DNA of 64,000 bases, taken from positions 18,441-82,440 of the forward strand of contig CAZOJE010000003.1 of assembly GCA_964580065.1 (NCBI GenBank), read 5' to 3'. The notes beneath the pieces were generated by a model. The model made no database searches, was not told where the DNA came from, and was given only the letters and a program-made list of their open reading frames with translations. The translations under genes were made by a program, and so were the position numbers. This document shows positions 51,467 to 61,183 of the stretch, piece by piece. Source of the stretch: an uncultured Candidatus Saccharibacteria bacterium (GTDB lineage Bacteria > Patescibacteriota > UBA1384 > DTJR01). Each line of letters starts with the position of its first letter. Position 1 is the first letter of the stretch.

Positions 51467-51693
51467 TGTAGGATCGAGAAGGAGGGCAAGTTCGGTCAAA
51501 AGTACTATCTTCTCACCTGCAAGTCTAGCACCTTAGATCCGAAAAGTTCTCTTTAACAGCCGAAACGAATTTCTTACAAAGACGTTACCCCATTGTAGGA
51601 TAACAGTTTTGGCCGAAAACAGAGCGCACAGCGAGCGGTTCATACAATAAAAATTTTATAACCGATTACTCGCCACCAAGTGCGCTCTTTTTT
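51467..51693 (+). ncRNA. Candidate standalone structured RNA (~230 nt), unknown class
   Basis: Promoter, 5' hairpin, 11-bp long-range pairing, terminal hairpin plus U-tract, no ORF. Confidence 0.55.
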
Positions 51694-51697
51694 GTTG

Positions 51698-53065
51698 TTA
51701 TTCCGGAGAATCCTCGCGTTTTTTGTCCAGCGTCAAAAATCGTCTGTATTCCGGATGGAAATAAAGCTCAACGTCGCCAATCGGGCCATTACGGTGTTTT
51801 TTAATCAATATTTGAGTAATCCCTTTCCTTTCGGTGTCAGGTTCATAATAGTCTTCTCTATAAATAAACATCACCACATCAGCGTCTTGCTCAATTGAAC
51901 CGCTTTCACGTAAGTCAGCCAGCTGGGGAATTTTCGGCGAGCGCATTTCCACGGCGCGCGACAGCTGTGACAGGGCAATCACCGGCACGGTTAGCTCGCG
52001 AGCCAAGGCCTTAAGCCCTCGAGAGATTTCTGATACTTCCTGAACCCTGTTGGCTTCTCCCGAAGATCCCTTTGAGTCGATTAACTGGAGGTAGTCGACG
52101 ATAATCATGCCTAAACCATTTTCGGCCTGCAAACGACGCGCTTTAGACCTAATATCCATAACAGTCATAAGCGGCGTGTCATCAATATAAATTGGCGATT
52201 CCGAGAGAACGCCCATAGCATAGTTTATTTTGGAAAAGTCATCTTCTCGCAGATTTCCCGTTCGCATGCGCCAAGAATCGATACCGGCTTCAATTGTCAG
52301 CAAGGAATCAACCAGCTGATCACGGCTCATTTCAAGAGAAAAAACGCCAACTGGTATTTTGGCATCGCGAGCGGCATTCAGGGCAATATTCAAAGCCAAA
52401 GATGTTTTACCCATTGACGGGCGGGCGGCTAAAATTATCAAGTCAGATTTTTGAAACCCCGCTAACAAGTTGTCTAAATCACGAAAGCCACTAGTCACCC
52501 CGCGCAATTGGCCTTTATTTTCGTGCAATTCATTAATACGCTCAAAAGTTTCCGATAAAACATCTTTAATCGGCACAAAATCGTTGGAAATAAAGCGTTC
52601 CGAAACAGAAAAAAGGGATTGCTCCGACTTATCCAGCAGAGCTGTAACCTCATCTTTTTCATCGTAACTCCGTTCGATTATTTCGGTAGCCGCCTTAATC
52701 AAACGTCGCAAAACCGATTTTTGAGCCACAATTTCAGCATGTTCAACAATGTGAGCTGACGACAAAACTTGGTTAGCTAAATGAGCCAAATAAGTCGCCC
52801 CGCCTGCCCGCTCAAGCCTTTTGTTTTTTCTTAGCCCTTCAGTCAAAGTGACTAAATCGATTGGAATTCTTTTTTCGCTAAGCTGAAGCATATGGCGATA
52901 AATTTCCTGATGGTCGTCGCGATAAAAGTCTTCACCCTGCAAAATTGTTGAAACTTTAAAAATCGCGTCCTTATCGAGCAAAATTGCTCCCAAAACCGAC
53001 GCTTCCGCCTCAACATTTTGCGGCGGCACCTTGCCCAACTGATCTTTTGCTCTTGTTTCCGGCAC
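51698..53065 (-). CDS. dnaB: Replicative DNA helicase
   Basis: PPQNVEAE, AARPSMGKT, DYLQL, DLRESGSIEQDAD; no intein. Confidence 0.97.
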   Translation of the reverse strand: MPETRAKDQLGKVPPQNVEAEASVLGAILLDKDAIFKVSTILQGEDFYRDDHQEIYRHMLQLSEKRIPIDLVTLTEGLRKNKRLERAGGATYLAHLANQVLSSAHIVEHAEIVAQKSVLRRLIKAATEIIERSYDEKDEVTALLDKSEQSLFSVSERFISNDFVPIKDVLSETFERINELHENKGQLRGVTSGFRDLDNLLAGFQKSDLIILAARPSMGKTSLALNIALNAARDAKIPVGVFSLEMSRDQLVDSLLTIEAGIDSWRMRTGNLREDDFSKINYAMGVLSESPIYIDDTPLMTVMDIRSKARRLQAENGLGMIIVDYLQLIDSKGSSGEANRVQEVSEISRGLKALARELTVPVIALSQLSRAVEMRSPKIPQLADLRESGSIEQDADVVMFIYREDYYEPDTERKGITQILIKKHRNGPIGDVELYFHPEYRRFLTLDKKREDSPE

Positions 53066-53086
53066 TTTTTGCTCCAGTTAAATTAA

Positions 53087-54520
53087 TTATTCGTTTGCAA
53101 AACCAAAAACTTCCCCAATCTCCTGCGCCAAATCTTCTTCCTTAATAATGCGACAAGAAATTTGTTTTTTTCCTTCTAGCACAGAATCAACCGCTAGACA
53201 AATAGAAGCAAAATTATTTTTATTTGTAATTGTATCTTTGTGAAAAGGATATTCTACCGAAATGACCAACTCGTCGTCTAAAAGCGCCCAAGAGGCCGAA
53301 CCCAACAAGTTAGCTAACGGCTTGTTTTTTTGGCTGATTTGCTCAATGATGGCAATTTTAGCTTCGCTGGAAAAAACGCTGAATTTTTTAGCATTCGTTG
53401 GCGGGGTTTTTTCTGTTTTGATATCTTTAGCGTTTGTTTTAACGGTTTTTTCCGACGGCGAGCCCTCTTCACCCGATAAAGACTTCTCCGTTTCCACTGC
53501 TAAACCAGTGGCGCACAATTCGATTGCCGCCAGCTCCAATGGCAAAGCACCAATTGGTGAAAGTTTGCTGTCAGAAACCGCCACCAAAAGACGCCTAATC
53601 GCTCTTAATTCAAAGGTGACATCTGATCCGTTAATTGCTCCTTCAACCGCATTTTCCCGCAAGCGAACAATCAGACTGTTTAAAAAATGCTCAAAATCAA
53701 TTCCCCGAGTGCCCAAGGCCTCAATCACCGTAAGAGACTGCTTCAAATTTTTAGTTTTTATAAGTTCGATAAACTCATCAATTTCCCCACTTTGAGTCAA
53801 ATTGAGGATCTTTTTGGCCATCTCAATCGAAAAATCTTCTTTGTTAAGGTGGGGCAGAATTTGGTCAAAAACCGATTGAGCATCACGAAATGAACCACCG
53901 CTTGAGCGATAAATTAAATCCATCAGCTCATCAGTGATTTTAACGCCCTCCGCTTTAGCAATCTGATTCAAATTTTTTTCGATCATTTCTTTTTTGCCCA
54001 AGCGAAAATCAAACTTTTGGCAACGAGAAATAATCGTTTCCGGCACTTTGTGGATTTCAGTTGTCGCAAAAATAAAAATGCTGTGGCTGGGCGGTTCTTC
54101 GAGGGTTTTAAGTAGAGCATTAAACGCTTCTTTCGTTAGCATGTGCACTTCGTCGATAATGTAAACTTTTTTCTTGCCCACACTTGGTGAAAAATTAATT
54201 TTTTCTCGCAAATCCCTAATATCATCAACGCTTCGATTCGAAGCGGCATCTATCTCAATCAGATCAATGAAATGCCCTTGAGCAATGGCCTTGCAGTTGG
54301 CACAAACGCCGCAGGGCTTATTTTTTTCGTCCAAACAATTCACCGCTTTGGCCAAAAGCCGTGCGATACTGGTTTTCCCCACACCACGCGGACCGGTAAA
54401 AAGATAAGCGTGACCGACATGGCCGGATTTAAGAGCATTTTCTAGCGTCTTAACCACATGCTCTTGACCGACAACATCTTTAAAAGTTTGGGGGCGATAT
54501 TTGCGATAAATTGTAGACAT
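53087..54520 (-). CDS. dnaX: DNA polymerase III subunit gamma/tau
   Basis: YRKYRPQTF, GPRGVGKT, EIDAASN, DEVHML. Confidence 0.96.
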   Translation of the reverse strand: MSTIYRKYRPQTFKDVVGQEHVVKTLENALKSGHVGHAYLFTGPRGVGKTSIARLLAKAVNCLDEKNKPCGVCANCKAIAQGHFIDLIEIDAASNRSVDDIRDLREKINFSPSVGKKKVYIIDEVHMLTKEAFNALLKTLEEPPSHSIFIFATTEIHKVPETIISRCQKFDFRLGKKEMIEKNLNQIAKAEGVKITDELMDLIYRSSGGSFRDAQSVFDQILPHLNKEDFSIEMAKKILNLTQSGEIDEFIELIKTKNLKQSLTVIEALGTRGIDFEHFLNSLIVRLRENAVEGAINGSDVTFELRAIRRLLVAVSDSKLSPIGALPLELAAIELCATGLAVETEKSLSGEEGSPSEKTVKTNAKDIKTEKTPPTNAKKFSVFSSEAKIAIIEQISQKNKPLANLLGSASWALLDDELVISVEYPFHKDTITNKNNFASICLAVDSVLEGKKQISCRIIKEEDLAQEIGEVFGFANE

Positions 54521-54644
54521 AAAAAGATACCCAAGTTAATTTTGCGCCAATGTACAAAGCCAATCTAATAAAAAAACTCTGTAATTATAAATTACACAAT
54601 GACATATTTAAGTCAAAACTTTTAGGTGTTATTCTATAGTTACA

Positions 54645-55556
54645 ATGTCCAAATCGATTTTACGCCAAGCCCTAGTAAAAGAAATAGCACCGGAGTTAAA
54701 ATTATCTGGAGCAAAAACCAGATCTCTTGTTTTGGCCGTCGAAAATATTGTTGCTAATGAGATTAAAGACAAGGGGCGCGTACAAATAACTCGTTTCGGC
54801 ACTTTTTACAAACGAACCCGTCCCAGCCGTGTTATCAAAACTGTTCGCGGCCAAAAAAGCAAACTCTTGCTCGAAAAAGAAGCCCTTAAATTCATCGCCT
54901 CCAAGGATTTTAAAGACGTTTTATTAAATAAAACGAGAAAAAAACCGAAGCCAAAAAAATTGTCCGAGACATCTTCAGCGAATGAATCAACCTTTATCCC
55001 GATAAAAATAAACGGCCAAATTGTTAAAAAAATTTCTGAAAAAGCGGCGCAACAGATAGAAGAAAATATTGAAAAAATTAAAACCTTAAAGCCGACTCAA
55101 AAAATCAAATTGCCGCCTTTAGCCATTCACACTCGAGTAGAAAAAGACAAAATCGTTTCTTCGATTAAAAAAAGGATTGCCGCCGCCGCGCGCGCCAATG
55201 CCAAAAGCACCCCCCTTAAAAAAGAGTTATCAGCGGCCGAAAAAATCTTCAGCCGATTCGTCCGGCAGACTGCTCGGTTAGATAAAAAGTGCATGGACTT
55301 TTCGATCCCCTGCCAAAAAGCCAATCCGATGGAAAAAACTACTATTTTTGCCGGTCGCCCCAGAATAATCATCGGGCACATTCCCACTGTCAATTTGCAA
55401 AACTATTTATTTGACGTCGCCGACTTGCACGAATCCAGTCTGCCTCAAGTAAGGTTTGTCGCCATCAAAAAAGACGGTTATGATAAAAATATCATGCTCG
55501 AAATTCACAGTCTTCCAGTCAATAACGGTTTAAGTGTTCACATTAATTTGCGATGA
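54645..55556 (+). CDS. HU/IHF-like N-terminal domain fused to a degenerate PilB/GspE N2-like domain
   Basis: GRVQITRFGTFYKRTRPSR...LKFIASKDFKD (HU); ESSLPQ...LEIHSLPVNNGLSVHINL resembles ERRLPQDG...RVSTLP..GEKVVLR. Confidence 0.55.
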   Translation: MSKSILRQALVKEIAPELKLSGAKTRSLVLAVENIVANEIKDKGRVQITRFGTFYKRTRPSRVIKTVRGQKSKLLLEKEALKFIASKDFKDVLLNKTRKKPKPKKLSETSSANESTFIPIKINGQIVKKISEKAAQQIEENIEKIKTLKPTQKIKLPPLAIHTRVEKDKIVSSIKKRIAAAARANAKSTPLKKELSAAEKIFSRFVRQTARLDKKCMDFSIPCQKANPMEKTTIFAGRPRIIIGHIPTVNLQNYLFDVADLHESSLPQVRFVAIKKDGYDKNIMLEIHSLPVNNGLSVHINLR

Positions 55557-55942
55557 GTAAAAAATCGATTTTATATACTTTCCTTGGCGCCTTAGCAGTC
55601 TTTTTTCTGATTACGGCCTTTGCGGCTGCTGTATATTATTCGCGTCCTTCGGCCGACAGCTTTGCCGCCACCGTTCCTTTGCCGCCAAAATGGGCGCCCG
55701 AAGCCACTCCGCCAACACCGGCCGAGCCAATCGTTTTAGGCGATTCGACCGATGACGGTATTGTCAACTCAATGGATATTAACGCTCTTTTGGCTCGCTG
55801 GAAAACAGTTGACGCCGATTACGATATTGCCTCCAGCGGCGACAAAAACTTGATTAACGGTGAGGACTTAACTCAAATTTTTAAATATTGGCATTGCCAA
55901 GAACTCCTAACAGATAAAGATTGTCCTTATAAAACGGATTAA
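55553..55942 (+). CDS. Membrane-anchored dockerin-like (EF-hand pair) protein
   Basis: TM, Pro linker, GDSTDDGIVNSMDI...YDI...INGEDL. Confidence 0.6.
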   Translation: MSKKSILYTFLGALAVFFLITAFAAAVYYSRPSADSFAATVPLPPKWAPEATPPTPAEPIVLGDSTDDGIVNSMDINALLARWKTVDADYDIASSGDKNLINGEDLTQIFKYWHCQELLTDKDCPYKTD

Positions 55943-56029
55943 GTTTTAGCCAATTGCCCTTTTTGAAATTAAAATTTTTGGTTTTTTTTCAAAACGTGTA
56001 CACCGGCTTTAGTCGGTGGTTTTGTCTTA

Positions 56030-56620
56030 TAAAACGGAAAAGGCCACTTCTTTCCGTTCAGCGAATGCTGATTGGATGAAGTGGCCTTGGTGATGCCCGG
56101 GATATCCGAGGCGATGATGGCGGGAGGCCCAAGAGGGCCTCCCGATGACCGACCGTGATTTCCCCGCCATAAGGCGGGGTAAACTGTGAGAGGACTCTGG
56201 AGGCAATCAGAGTCCCCTCACCAACGGCTCGACATGCCCGCTGCGCTTCCGCCACATTGCTGGGGTGGCGGAAAACTATGCGAGGGTCCTGTTTCTTGGA
56301 CCGTTAACCTGCACATGCAGGACCCTCGCCGCCCTCCGTAAGGGAACTGTCCCGGTAGCAGAGGGCAAAAAAGGAGATTATGATAGCAGGTTGAACCCGA
56401 TGAACTGGGCCCAACCCTTCGGCGGCACAACTCAATAAGCTGGCCGTTAGCCCTTCAAAGGGCTAACCTTTTGCGAGGATCTTCCCGACCCTCGCAGGTG
56501 TCCTAACAACCGGTTTTTTTGCGAGGATTCCGAATCCTCGCCCGTCTGCTATCTGTCTTTTGACTTCGCTAGGCCTCCCACCCAGCGAAGCTCAAGTTTT
56601 CAAATTACTTAGCTAAATTG
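56030..56620 (-). ncRNA. Candidate large structured noncoding RNA (~580 nt), unknown class
   Basis: At least 10 inverted repeats, nested closing stems, upstream promoter, terminal hairpin plus U-rich tail, no convincing ORF. Confidence 0.65.
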
Positions 56621-56626
56621 TATGAC

Positions 56627-56654
56627 AATATAATAAAAATGCAATATCTGTCAA
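56627..56654 (-). promoter_or_regulatory. Sigma70 promoter TTGACA-16-TATATT pointing into the structured region
   Basis: Reverse-complement sequence match. Confidence 0.6.
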
Positions 56655-56711
56655 GACCCAAACCCTAATTAAAAATAACGCCGCACCTTAGCCAATACTT
56701 TTGGCAAAAAA

Positions 56712-59700
56712 TTACTCAAAAATTTTCTTTAGTTCATCGACCAAATCGTCAGAAAGGGCAATCTTGGTTTTAGTTTTGGCAAATTCAAAATGATTATTCT
56801 TTTTATAAGAAAGTACGAGTTCATCCTCACCCATATTTTCATCTACTATCGTTTTTATTTTTAAAATTTTTTCCTTGCCTGTGCCCTTGGGCAAAATAAC
56901 ATACACTTTTCCGTCAAAAGCAAAAGCATACTGTTTTTTCTTCAAGGCGGCATTTAGTTTTTCCGTAATATCTTCCGTTTCAGGCGCCTCATTCAAATCA
57001 ATTTCAACGATTTTATCCTCGTCTGTGCCAAGCGTTACAACGTGTTGCTCCTGTTGAGCATACTTGCTTCCACTATAAGCTTCAAATTTCAAATCGCGAA
57101 TTTTACTCGGATCAAATTTTTCCCCTTTTTCGGCCAAAATCTTAATTTCGTTGTCTTTGGTAGAAATTTTCCCCGTTACCAAAACAACATTGTCAGCTTG
57201 CCAAACTTCACCGTCTTGCTCGAGTGTTTTGGGAAAAACAAGAACTTCCGTTTTGCCAGACAAGTCCTCGATCGTGGCAAAGGCCATTGTTGAACCGTTT
57301 TTCGTGTTTATTTTTTTAACCGTTTGAATTATACCGCCCACTTTGACTTTTTTCCCTTCCATTCCCAACGTCAAAGTGTTAATCGGGTGCGACACGGCTA
57401 AATTCAGTTTCGGCCCCAGCTCTTTCAGAGGGTGTTCGCTAATATAAATGCCCAAAAGCTCTTTTTCCCATGCCAGTTTGTCATCACGGCTAGCTTCGGC
57501 AACCTCCGGTAAATCAAGTTTACCTATTTCAATATCGGCCGAAAGCACTTCGCCAAACAAACCAATTTGCGACGATTTAATTTGTTTAGCCGTGTCCTGA
57601 ATTCTTTTTAAAATTACTTCCATACCTTGCAAAACCCGATTGCGTTCCACCAATGAATCAAGAGCGCCAGACTTAGCTAAGGCCTCGAGAATTTTTTTAT
57701 TTAAAACCGTTCTTTCGCCTGTGCCTTCAACGTCAGTTTTGCTCATACGATCAATAAAATCTTCAAAATTTTTGAAACGGCCATTTTTTTTACGTTCACG
57801 AACGATCACCCGAGCCGGATTGGTCCCAATATTTTTAATTGCCGCCAAGCCAAAGCGAATATTACCCGATTCTTTAACCACACCAAAATCAACAAAACTT
57901 TCGTTGATATCGGGCGGCAAAACCTCAATGCCCATTCTCTCGCATTCGCCGATCTCAATCGCAATTCGATCAATATCGTCAAGATCATTTGTGAGAAGCG
58001 CCGCCATGAAACACTGTGGGTAGTTGGCCTTAAGATAGGCCGTTTGATAAGCAATCATGGCATAGCAAACCGCGTGAGATTTATTAAACCCATAGGCGGC
58101 GAAATCCTGCAACATGGCAAAAACTTTCTCGGCATCAGCTTTAGTGACACCATTGTTTTGTGAACCAGCAATAAATTTGACTTTCATTTCCGCCATCAGT
58201 TTGGCGATTTTTTTGCCCATGGCTTTGCGCAATTTGTCCGCTTCGCCACCGGTGAAACCAGCCATATCGCGAGAAATCTGCATCACCTGTTCCTGATAAA
58301 CCGGAATGCCATAAGTAACTTCGAGGGCCTTTTTGGTCATCGCGTGAGGATAGTTGATCGGCTCTCGGCCATTTTTGCGTGCAATGAAGGTGTCGATAAA
58401 CTGCATTGGACCGGGACGATATAAAGCCACCATCACAGCCACATCATCAAGCGTAGTCGGCTTCAATTCTCTGATATAACGTTTCATACCTGAAGACTCA
58501 AGCTGAAATACGCCTGTTGTTTCACCCTTACCCAAAAGTTCAAAAGTTTTTTTGTCGTCCAAAGGAAGATTGTGAATATCCAGTTTGTCGCCCGCCACCG
58601 CTTCGATTATTTCCAAAGCGCGCTCAATCGTGGTTAAGTTTGACAAACCCAAAAAGTCCATTTTGAGCAATCCCAGCTCCGCTACCGGATACATCGAATA
58701 TTGAGTCACCTGCTTCACACCCTCTTTTTGCGCCTGTTGTAGCGGCACGTAGCAGGTTAGCTCGTCCTTAGTGATAACGAAAGCACTGGCGTGTTGGCTG
58801 GCGTGACGCACCGTTCCCTCCAACTTAGTCGCCATATTAATGAGACGTTTGGCGCGAGGATCGCTTTCGTAAACGGCACGTAATTCCGGCGCATCTTTGA
58901 CTGATTTCTCCAAGGGAATGTGGCGGCCCTGCACCGGCGGCGGGACCACTTTAGCGATCGCGTCAACCTCCGCATAAGGATAACCGAGAGCGCGGCCAAC
59001 ATCTCTCACAGCCGCGCGCGCCGCCATCGTTCCAAAAGTAATAATGCCCGCCACCTTTTCTTCACCGTAGCGGCCGACAACATAGCCAAGCACTTCGGCG
59101 CGCCGGTGGTCAGCAAAGTCAAGATCGATATCAGGCATTTCGTGGCGATCAGGATTTAAAAATCTTTCAAAAAGTAAATCGTATTTCAGCGGATCGGCAT
59201 CAGCAATCTGCGTCAAATAAGTCACCAATGAGCCTGCCGCCGAGCCCCTGCCCGGTCCCACCATAATGCCATTTTCTTTGGCCCAGTTAACGTAGTCGGA
59301 AACAATCAAAAAGTAGCTCGAAAAACCCATATCATTAATCACCGACAGCTCATAATTCATTCTTTCGGTGATAATTTTCATTTTTTCCGGACTGGCTTTA
59401 GGATATCTAACCGGAATCCCTTTTTGACAAAGCTCGCGTAAATATTCAGCATCTGTTTTACCCTTCGGCAAGGGAAAGCTTGGCAAAAGATTAGCTTCAA
59501 ACGGGATTTCCAAATCGCACTTGTCGGCAATTTCCCGCGTATTCGAAATGGCCTCCGGCGTTTCGGCAAAAACCTTAATTAATTCCTCTGGGTCGCGAAG
59601 CGAAAAGTCGCCGTCATAAGTCATTCGGTTAGCGTCATCAACTGTTTTCCCCGTTTGCACGCAAATTAAAATATCGTGCGCCTCGCGATCTTCACGGTTG

Positions 59701-60338
59701 ATATAGTGGGAATCGCAAGTGGCTATCAATTTGGTCTTTGTTTCTTCGGCCAATTTCTTTACCAAATCGTTAGCAATCGCCTGATCGGGAATATCGGAGT
59801 GATCCTGCAGCTCCAAATAAAAATCGTCTTCCCCAAAAATATCTTTGTATTCTTGCAAAACTTTTTTGGCCCCGTCAAAATCCTTGCTCATTAAAAGCCG
59901 CGGGATTTCTCCGGCCAAACAAGCCGAGCTAGCAATCACGCCCTTGGCGTATTTTTTTAAAGTTTCTTTATCTACTCGCGGCTTATAATAGAAGCCCTCT
60001 AATTGGGCAATGCTGTCGAGCTTCATGAGATTGCGATAGCCCTCGACATTTTTAGCAATTAGAACAAGGTGGTGCGGGCTAGAGTCAAGCTTTGAGACTT
60101 TGTCGGATAATTTTCGGGGCGCAACATAAATTTCCACGCCTACCAAGGGTTTAATACCTTCTTCTTTGGCCGCTTTATAAAATTCAATTGCGCCATACAT
60201 TGCCCCGTGATCAGTGAGTGCCACTGCTTCCATACCCAATTCTTTCGCTTTTTTGACAATGGCTGTGGGAGTACCCAAACCGTCTAAAAGCGAAAAATGA
60301 GAGTGAACATGCAGGTGGACAAAGTCGGATTTACGCAT
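56712..60338 (-). CDS. dnaE: DNA polymerase III alpha subunit
   Basis: FVHLHVHSHFSLLDG PHP, GPGRGSAAGS, MPDIDLDF, YGFNKSHA; no intein. Confidence 0.97.
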   Translation of the reverse strand: MRKSDFVHLHVHSHFSLLDGLGTPTAIVKKAKELGMEAVALTDHGAMYGAIEFYKAAKEEGIKPLVGVEIYVAPRKLSDKVSKLDSSPHHLVLIAKNVEGYRNLMKLDSIAQLEGFYYKPRVDKETLKKYAKGVIASSACLAGEIPRLLMSKDFDGAKKVLQEYKDIFGEDDFYLELQDHSDIPDQAIANDLVKKLAEETKTKLIATCDSHYINREDREAHDILICVQTGKTVDDANRMTYDGDFSLRDPEELIKVFAETPEAISNTREIADKCDLEIPFEANLLPSFPLPKGKTDAEYLRELCQKGIPVRYPKASPEKMKIITERMNYELSVINDMGFSSYFLIVSDYVNWAKENGIMVGPGRGSAAGSLVTYLTQIADADPLKYDLLFERFLNPDRHEMPDIDLDFADHRRAEVLGYVVGRYGEEKVAGIITFGTMAARAAVRDVGRALGYPYAEVDAIAKVVPPPVQGRHIPLEKSVKDAPELRAVYESDPRAKRLINMATKLEGTVRHASQHASAFVITKDELTCYVPLQQAQKEGVKQVTQYSMYPVAELGLLKMDFLGLSNLTTIERALEIIEAVAGDKLDIHNLPLDDKKTFELLGKGETTGVFQLESSGMKRYIRELKPTTLDDVAVMVALYRPGPMQFIDTFIARKNGREPINYPHAMTKKALEVTYGIPVYQEQVMQISRDMAGFTGGEADKLRKAMGKKIAKLMAEMKVKFIAGSQNNGVTKADAEKVFAMLQDFAAYGFNKSHAVCYAMIAYQTAYLKANYPQCFMAALLTNDLDDIDRIAIEIGECERMGIEVLPPDINESFVDFGVVKESGNIRFGLAAIKNIGTNPARVIVRERKKNGRFKNFEDFIDRMSKTDVEGTGERTVLNKKILEALAKSGALDSLVERNRVLQGMEVILKRIQDTAKQIKSSQIGLFGEVLSADIEIGKLDLPEVAEASRDDKLAWEKELLGIYISEHPLKELGPKLNLAVSHPINTLTLGMEGKKVKVGGIIQTVKKINTKNGSTMAFATIEDLSGKTEVLVFPKTLEQDGEVWQADNVVLVTGKISTKDNEIKILAEKGEKFDPSKIRDLKFEAYSGSKYAQQEQHVVTLGTDEDKIVEIDLNEAPETEDITEKLNAALKKKQYAFAFDGKVYVILPKGTGKEKILKIKTIVDENMGEDELVLSYKKNNHFEFAKTKTKIALSDDLVDELKKIFE

Positions 60339-60423
60339 AAAATATAGTTTTTTATGGAGTCGCGCAACTGTTGCGCGAATCCCATCGGCTTGATATTAAC
60401 GTATCATCTTCGTTTATAAACGA

Positions 60424-60460
60424 AAAGGGCCTCGGTTGCGTTGTCGCACCCGAGGCCCCT
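60424..60460 (-). terminator. Intrinsic terminator after GC-rich ORFan
   Basis: Minus strand: gggcctcgg...ccgaggccc then tttt. Confidence 0.7.
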
Positions 60461-60482
60461 AGTAGTTCTCCACTATCTTCAC

Positions 60483-61001
60483 TCATCGCCTTTCGGGGAA
60501 GCCGATGAGCTCGAGCGCCTCGACAACCGATCTGGCCCACGGCGCGCCCGCCTCTTCGGCGGCCCGCGCCAGCTCAAAGGCCTTCTCGAGGAGATAATCA
60601 ACGTCTTCCTCCCTCACCTCGAGGAGAAGCTTGGCCGTTACTTCTGGCTGGCCGTTCTTGTCTCTCGCGAGGCAATCAACGGCCCGAGTCACCTTATGGG
60701 GCTGCATGCTTTTCGGCAGGCGCTCGACAAGCTCCTCGAGCGCCTTCTCAATCAGCTTTGGGTCATCCGGCCCCACCAAGGCCCCGAAGTCGAGGCCGAC
60801 ACAAACCTTCGCTCCGACATAGATCCTCCCCTTATCAAAGATAGGGGTGGCCTGCACGGCGCTCCGGACAATGTAGGCCGCTCCCGCAAGGTCCATGTGC
60901 GGGAACATGCGGCGCAACCCTTGTGTCACGGTCGGCCAGACTACCCCCTCCATCGCTCTCTGAACGACCGCCTCAACGCCTGGGGAAAACCTCACAGTCA
61001 T
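60483..61001 (-). CDS. GC-rich ORFan (~170 aa); start ATG 61001 or GTG 60995
   Basis: SD GAAGGAG, own promoter TTGACT-17-TATTAT (61063-61091) and terminator. Confidence 0.6.
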   Translation of the reverse strand: MTVRFSPGVEAVVQRAMEGVVWPTVTQGLRRMFPHMDLAGAAYIVRSAVQATPIFDKGRIYVGAKVCVGLDFGALVGPDDPKLIEKALEELVERLPKSMQPHKVTRAVDCLARDKNGQPEVTAKLLLEVREEDVDYLLEKAFELARAAEEAGAPWARSVVEALELIGFPERR

Positions 61002-61183
61002 CACTCCTTCAAGGTTCTCTCCCGCTAAAGCGGGAGTTAATAGATGCAAAACGCATCGGCAAATAATATCTTTAAACCCCTTGAAAGTCAATCCTTTTTT
61101 TGCTAAAATGCTTTCTGTTGAGGTTGTTTAAAGGCAACTAAATGTTTGAGGTTGCATAACTAGATTTTTCAACCAAGGTTAAT

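Noticed and set aside
56058-56430. Short ORFs inside the structured region, including a plus-strand AAGGAG-ATG minigene near 56372-56394
   Set aside because: No SD or protein-like features for the 65/70-aa ORFs; the minigene is four codons and antisense to the promoter.
56030-56620. RNase P RNA, tmRNA, or group I/II intron
   Set aside because: No GAGGAAAGUCC/ACARAAxxxGGCUUA, no tRNA-like ends with a tag frame, no interrupted host gene; minus-strand gagccgttg opens a multiway junction rather than a domain V hairpin. Needs cmscan to exclude firmly.
51698-60338. Inteins in dnaB, dnaX or dnaE
   Set aside because: Lengths are normal and no C/S...HN splice motifs interrupt the conserved blocks.
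60441-61028. 195-aa plus-strand ORF
   Set aside because: Antisense shadow; promoter, SD and terminator all support the minus-strand gene.
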